Shown one piece after another: positions 59,607 through 64,000 of a stretch of DNA of 64,000 nucleotides (its first letter is position 1; the number at the start of each line of letters is the position of its first letter). Source of the stretch: an uncultured bacterium. GTDB taxonomy: Bacteria > Zixibacteria > MSB-5A5 > CAIYYT01. The DNA is taken from the NCBI GenBank assembly GCA_963726455.1, contig CAVSCK010000003.1, positions 96,001-160,000 on the forward strand, given 5' to 3'. Both the position numbers and the translations under genes were made by a program. The notes below the pieces were generated by a model. The model saw only the letters and a list, made by a program, of their open reading frames with translations, did no database searches and was not told the DNA's origin.

Positions 59607-62600
59607 TGGAACCTCGAAATCAATTCCGTGCGCAGGAAATAACGCCCCGGTTCGCCATGGCGAATGTCGCCCTGGCCGGTCAAACGAAACGAGAAGTTCT
59701 CGGCGAAACTGAAATCAATCAGGATCGTGCCGCCGAAGTTCGCTCCGGTTGGAAACCCATCCGCCATCTGCAGCAGAATCGGCCGATTTGCGGCTTCGAT
59801 CACCTGCAGCATGAAGACCGTTGTCTCGATTCGCCCCCTGCCGACAAGGTTATAGTTCACCTTGGGAGTTATCCTAAGAGTCGTGGCGCGCAACGACATG
59901 GAATCCGAATTCTCACGACCGATCTCGACGGTGGCGCCCATTTCCCAGAGTCCGCGAAAGTGCGAGCCGGCGGTGATCAGCGACCGCCTGTGAACGGTGA
60001 GATTGTAACGGCCGAATTGTTGGTCGGACAAATTCTCGGCCTCACCGGAAATTTCGACAAAGTCGCGTTCACCTAAGCGTTGATTGAAAAGCAGTTTGAA
60101 CAGCTCGTTGCCGTTGGCCTGGGGGTGCAAGACATCAATCAGGTTATCCTCACTGCGAATTCGATACGAGAATTCACTGCGCAGGCCGATTGCGCGATCA
60201 TAACGTCGATAACGATATTCGTCACTGCGCTGGCGGAACCGTTGAACTGCGCCGAAATACGCGAGCGAAGGCAGCAGCCAGCGTGTTTGGAAGCTGGTCA
60301 TGTCATTTCCGATCTCGTGCAAACTTGTCTCATAGCGCAGGGAAGTCCCGGCAATCAGGAAACTCTTTGCCAGTTTGCTCAGGTCGGCGTTGATCTGAAC
60401 GCGTTTTTCTGCCTCGACCGACGGCGTCAAGGTACCCACTTGTTCGGTGACCAGTATGTAGTCGCCGTTCGATTGCGGCAGATAGACGGAATCAATCAGT
60501 ACATAATCGCCCTTGCCGCTCTCGACCTTGAGATAAGTCTTGTTGGTCTGGAAACTTCCCAACCGGCTCAACCGCATATTGGCGTTCAGGTCGACAACAC
60601 GCGCGATCTGTGGTATATCGAGATTTAAGAGCCCGCTGTGATAGGTGGTCTTCTTCCCCGTCGCATCATTGAAGCGGTTGAATGAAGCATTCAGATCGAC
60701 CTTGCGACTCTTCGCGAAAGTGCGATTGACATTCAATCCCAGCGTCTGTTTGCGATCCACCATATTCCATGAGTTGAGATTCTGCCAGTTCTCTCGCTGC
60801 CGAGCGGTCACGGAAATCCCCGCGTATTCCGTTCCAAATTCGATTTCACGTTTGCTGGCGTATGTAAGCGGCTGTCCCACCAACGCAAGCTTGCGATTGT
60901 CATAGTCGACTTTGGCTGTGAGCGCGAATGGTTTAATGTCGAGCCGGTAGGTGGGCTTGATCTCGAAAAGACGATTCGACGCCAGTGAGATCCTTCGAGG
61001 ACGCGTAACTCAGGTCAACCCCGATTTTCGAGTTCGCCACCTGAACCAGTTGCGTCGAGACTCCGGCGCGCCGCGACTCGAAGCCGCTTTTCTCCGAAGT
61101 ATATCCGCCTTCAATTTTCGACCGATCATGGCTCCCCAGACTGAAAGTCATGTCGCCCAGATAGCGCTGGCGGTCGCTGAGTTCCTGCTTCTGGCGCTGC
61201 CAGAGGTAATTTTCGTCTACATAGTCGAGCCGACCCAAACGGGCGAAGCCGGCTGGTAAATACTCCGCCGACAGATTGCCCTTCACTTTCTGAGATGTAC
61301 TCGCGTACGCCGCACCAAAGAAACCTGCCGCAGTTGTGTTCTTGCTGTTACCGTCAGTGGAAAAGCGGTTGCGGTCGTACGACGAAACGCCCACCTCGGT
61401 CGACAACTTCAACGTTCCCGTCGGAGCGTAGTCAGATTTTGCCACCACGACCTGAGATGCTTCCGGCATGGGCAAGGTTCTGACGGGCAGGTAATTGCCT
61501 CTTCCTCTGCCGGCAAACTGATAGCGGCCCCCGCCTAGATAGAGGTAATCCCCGCTGTCAACCTGCGTAAACGTTACACTGTAATCACCATGGCGATCTC
61601 CCGCATAAACGAAGACGGTATCGCTCAGAGAGTCGACCTGCATCGTGTAGTCACCATTTCCCTGACCTACAGAGCGCGCCCCCGGAACCACCGCTTTGGT
61701 AGGATCGTTGCCTGCCGAACGCAGAGCAGCGATATCGGTCTCGCTGAGCGTGAAGTCTTGCGGGTCGCTTCCCGCGGCAGTCAGGCCCGCATATCCGATG
61801 CCGATCTGTGCCTTGCCGTCACCAAGACTATCCGTGACGGCGCCGGTAACGAGTGTCTTGCGATATTCCAGGCGCTGATATTCGAAATCGACTCTGACAC
61901 GGTCTTGGTTATCGATGGCAGTACGGCCGGTGAAATAGAGTTCGCCGCGCGTGTAATCGAGGTAATAATCATGGTCGCGTCCGCGAGTTATTGTCGCGCC
62001 GTTGAGCCAGACCGTCTCGGAGTTTTCGATTACGGCGATACCGGATTCACCGTTCTTGCCCTGCAGGCGGTACGGGCCGTTAAAGCCGTCAGTGGTGGTG
62101 AAGTTGTATTCAGTATAGTTGCCGGGTGGAACGGAGACGGATGATTCCACGGTTGCGCGGCCGGTATGGTACTTCACGCCCATACCCTGTACATTGCGGC
62201 TCATAGACAGATATCGGAAACGATCTTCCTTGAGCTGGTAGCTGCCGAAAACGCCGTTGAGATGCTGGGACTGAACTTCCAGATAGACGTTGTCCAACTC
62301 GGAGAATCTTTTGGTCACCATCTGATTGTCGCGCAAACCGCGATCAGAAAACGTGCCCTTGACAATTACTCCGCGGCCGATATCGCCGGAGAGCGTCAGG
62401 GCGAGTCCCTGCGACAGGTTCGTCTGGCCCTTTTGGGAGACGTCGGCATAAAACGACTTCGAGCCGGAGACTTTGAGATTCGCGGTGGGCGCGGTCAGTT
62501 CTCTCGACGACGTGACCGGAGCCGGAGCCAAATCAGCTTCGTTGTCGCCCGTACTCGACAGGAAATCGTGTAGCGCGTAGCGACGGCCGATTATATCATA

Positions 62601-62921
62601 ATTCAGAAATCTCACGACTCGAATTGTGTCGCAAGCGATCTGTCCCGCCGTCAGCGTGATGACACTGTCATTGGATACGAAGTCACGTCCGCGTCTCAGA
62701 CTGTCATTCCCGCAAATCAGGATGACCGAGGAATCACCCGCGGAGGCGTATACGAAATTGACGGAGGAATCCTTGAGTGCAATACTGGTGACGATGACGA
62801 TTGAAGAGACGGATGCTTGCGGATTGAGCGGCGCCGCCTGCAATCGCAGCGACAGGCATATAAGACCTACGAGGATTAAACCGGCAATAAGCGCGCGGCC
62901 TTCATTTTGCAGCAACTTCAT
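59603..62921 (-). CDS. Large (~1100 aa) putative outer-membrane beta-barrel protein; frameshift near 60980
   Basis: Signal-like N-terminus, LKVSGSKSF, L.LTLSG, LDNVYLEV, GPYRL.G, SETVWLNG....RG...DY.LDY..GE..F, amphipathic strands, C-terminal ELISRFQ. The downstream frame SNRLFEIKPTY... joins ORF 59603-60883. Confidence 0.7.
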
Positions 62922-63837
62922 AAATCATGACACGGTTGTTGCCCGTATCACACACGAACAGCTTGCCATCATTTCTGCGAGCAATGCCCGACGGAGCACT
63001 CAAATTCATCGGTCCGCTTCCCGCGCTCCCCAGCGAGGCCAGTCGCGTGCCATTCAGGTCGAACAGTAGAACCTCGCTAGTCGCCTTGTCGGTGGCAATA
63101 ATCTCTTTGCCGTGAACGACAAAGCCACCCAGCGTCTCAATACCCTGCAATTGAATTTTGCCGGCCGCGTTGCCGAAGGTGTCGAACTTGTACAGCGTTT
63201 CATCATTGCGATCATAAACGTAAACGTCACCTTCGTCCGTGACATAAATCGCGCTGCAATGCGAGAAGCCACCGGGAGGAAGCAACTCCTGCTCGATCTT
63301 GTAATCCTTGTCCAACACGATCACTTTGAGATTGTCGGGATCGACCAGGTACATCCGCCCCGTACGGGCATATCCGATCGCCGCTATCTTCCCAAGCGCT
63401 TGCAGGTCCGGGTTGCTGTTGAAACGCACCTCATCTGCAAATACCAGATCACGGTCGGAACGAACAATGCGATTGTTGCCCTGGTCGAGGACATAGAAAT
63501 TGATCCCGCCGTCGGAGACGATGTCGGTTGGCCGGCTCAATCCCGAAATCCCCAAACCGAAACCGCCGTTTTCTTTGAGGAACTGATACTCGGGGCCAAG
63601 TTTGACAATCCGGCTGTTACCCTGATCAACAACGTAGAGATCGTTCTGCTGATCGTACGAAATTGCCACCGGCGAGGACAAATACGAGTCACCGAGTTTA
63701 CCCGAAATCTCTCCCAGATAGCGAATCTGGCGAGGTGTCGGCTGACCAACGATCACCGGTTTGGGAGCCGGGGCACAGGCGATGAACATTGACACCGCCA
63801 CAGCGAACGGCAGAAGTATTGAAGTCCAGCGCTTCAT
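62902..63837 (-). CDS. NHL-repeat (6-bladed propeller) lipoprotein
   Basis: MKRWTSILLPFAVAVSMFIAC lipobox; repeats P.AI..D....LYVVD.GN.RI. Confidence 0.88.
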   Translation of the reverse strand: MKRWTSILLPFAVAVSMFIACAPAPKPVIVGQPTPRQIRYLGEISGKLGDSYLSSPVAISYDQQNDLYVVDQGNSRIVKLGPEYQFLKENGGFGLGISGLSRPTDIVSDGGINFYVLDQGNNRIVRSDRDLVFADEVRFNSNPDLQALGKIAAIGYARTGRMYLVDPDNLKVIVLDKDYKIEQELLPPGGFSHCSAIYVTDEGDVYVYDRNDETLYKFDTFGNAAGKIQLQGIETLGGFVVHGKEIIATDKATSEVLLFDLNGTRLASLGSAGSGPMNLSAPSGIARRNDGKLFVCDTGNNRVMIYEVAAK

Positions 63838-63838
63838 C

Positions 63839-64000
63839 TTAGAACCTGGCCGACAGACTGACCTGCCAGCCACCGTCCGGCAATGGTTTCAAATCCACTC
63901 CACCGAAACCGGATTCAACTTGCCGGTTGTGACGTTTTGCGCTCCAATAGGCATCGGCGGCGGAAATCAGATGGTTGGCGATAATTAGCCCCAGCGAGAA
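63839..64000 (-). CDS. 3' end of a hypothetical membrane protein (possibly DUF5683-like); starts beyond the window
   Basis: Open frame FSLGLIIANHLISAADAYWSAKRHN...WQVSLSARF, with TAA 1 nt before the NHL gene ATG. Confidence 0.6.
   Translation of the reverse strand, partial: FSLGLIIANHLISAADAYWSAKRHNRQVESGFGGVDLKPLPDGGWQVSLSARF

Noticed and set aside
523-63988. Numerous 60-300 aa plus-strand ORFs opposite the real genes
   Set aside because: Antisense shadows expected at this GC content; no RBS, motifs or family resemblance.
1-64000. Mobile elements, prophage or defence island
   Set aside because: No integrase, transposase, phage or cas genes seen, no att-like duplication of the tRNA-Sec 3' end, and no obvious compositional break by eye.

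Overview
A 64-kb core-genome window from a diderm bacterium. The C-terminal dockerin-type repeat, Bat operon, bacillithiol genes and DUF4295-like protein suggest the FCB superphylum, probably candidate phylum Zixibacteria (inference). Almost all genes are on the minus strand. From left to right: secreted M4 metallopeptidase with Ig-like repeats and dockerin; rpe, PASTA protein, rsmB; a TIGR03960/TIGR03936-type radical-SAM fusion whose CxxxCxxC motif lacks its first Cys; a 63-aa Cys4 DUF4295/bL38-like protein; rplU-bamA-skp-lpxD; uvrB and an orphan lipoprotein (+ strand); radA, dnaB with DnaA boxes upstream, family-4 UDG, coaBC, DUF494; purN-purC-purH with a structured leader; nfeD-slipin; a beta-propeller/TPR/CBM9-like protein; amidohydrolase; selC-selA-selB; bshC-bshA-bshB1 translationally coupled to a TetR-TolC-MFP-RND efflux operon with a palindromic operator; a UPF0104 membrane protein; a moxR/DUF58/bat operon interrupted by a GT-C glycosyltransferase; a DGGGP-synthase-like UbiA prenyltransferase; a second Omp85 protein; a large outer-membrane protein; and an NHL lipoprotein. 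Six frameshifts, including in coaBC and uvrB, look like sequencing indels. No CRISPR, prophage, integrase or transposase was seen. Best candidates for new biology: the TetR/RND/bacillithiol/selenocysteine cluster, the degenerate radical-SAM protein, the Zn-ribbon bL38-like protein and the purN leader RNA. All family assignments are by eye; no database search was run.
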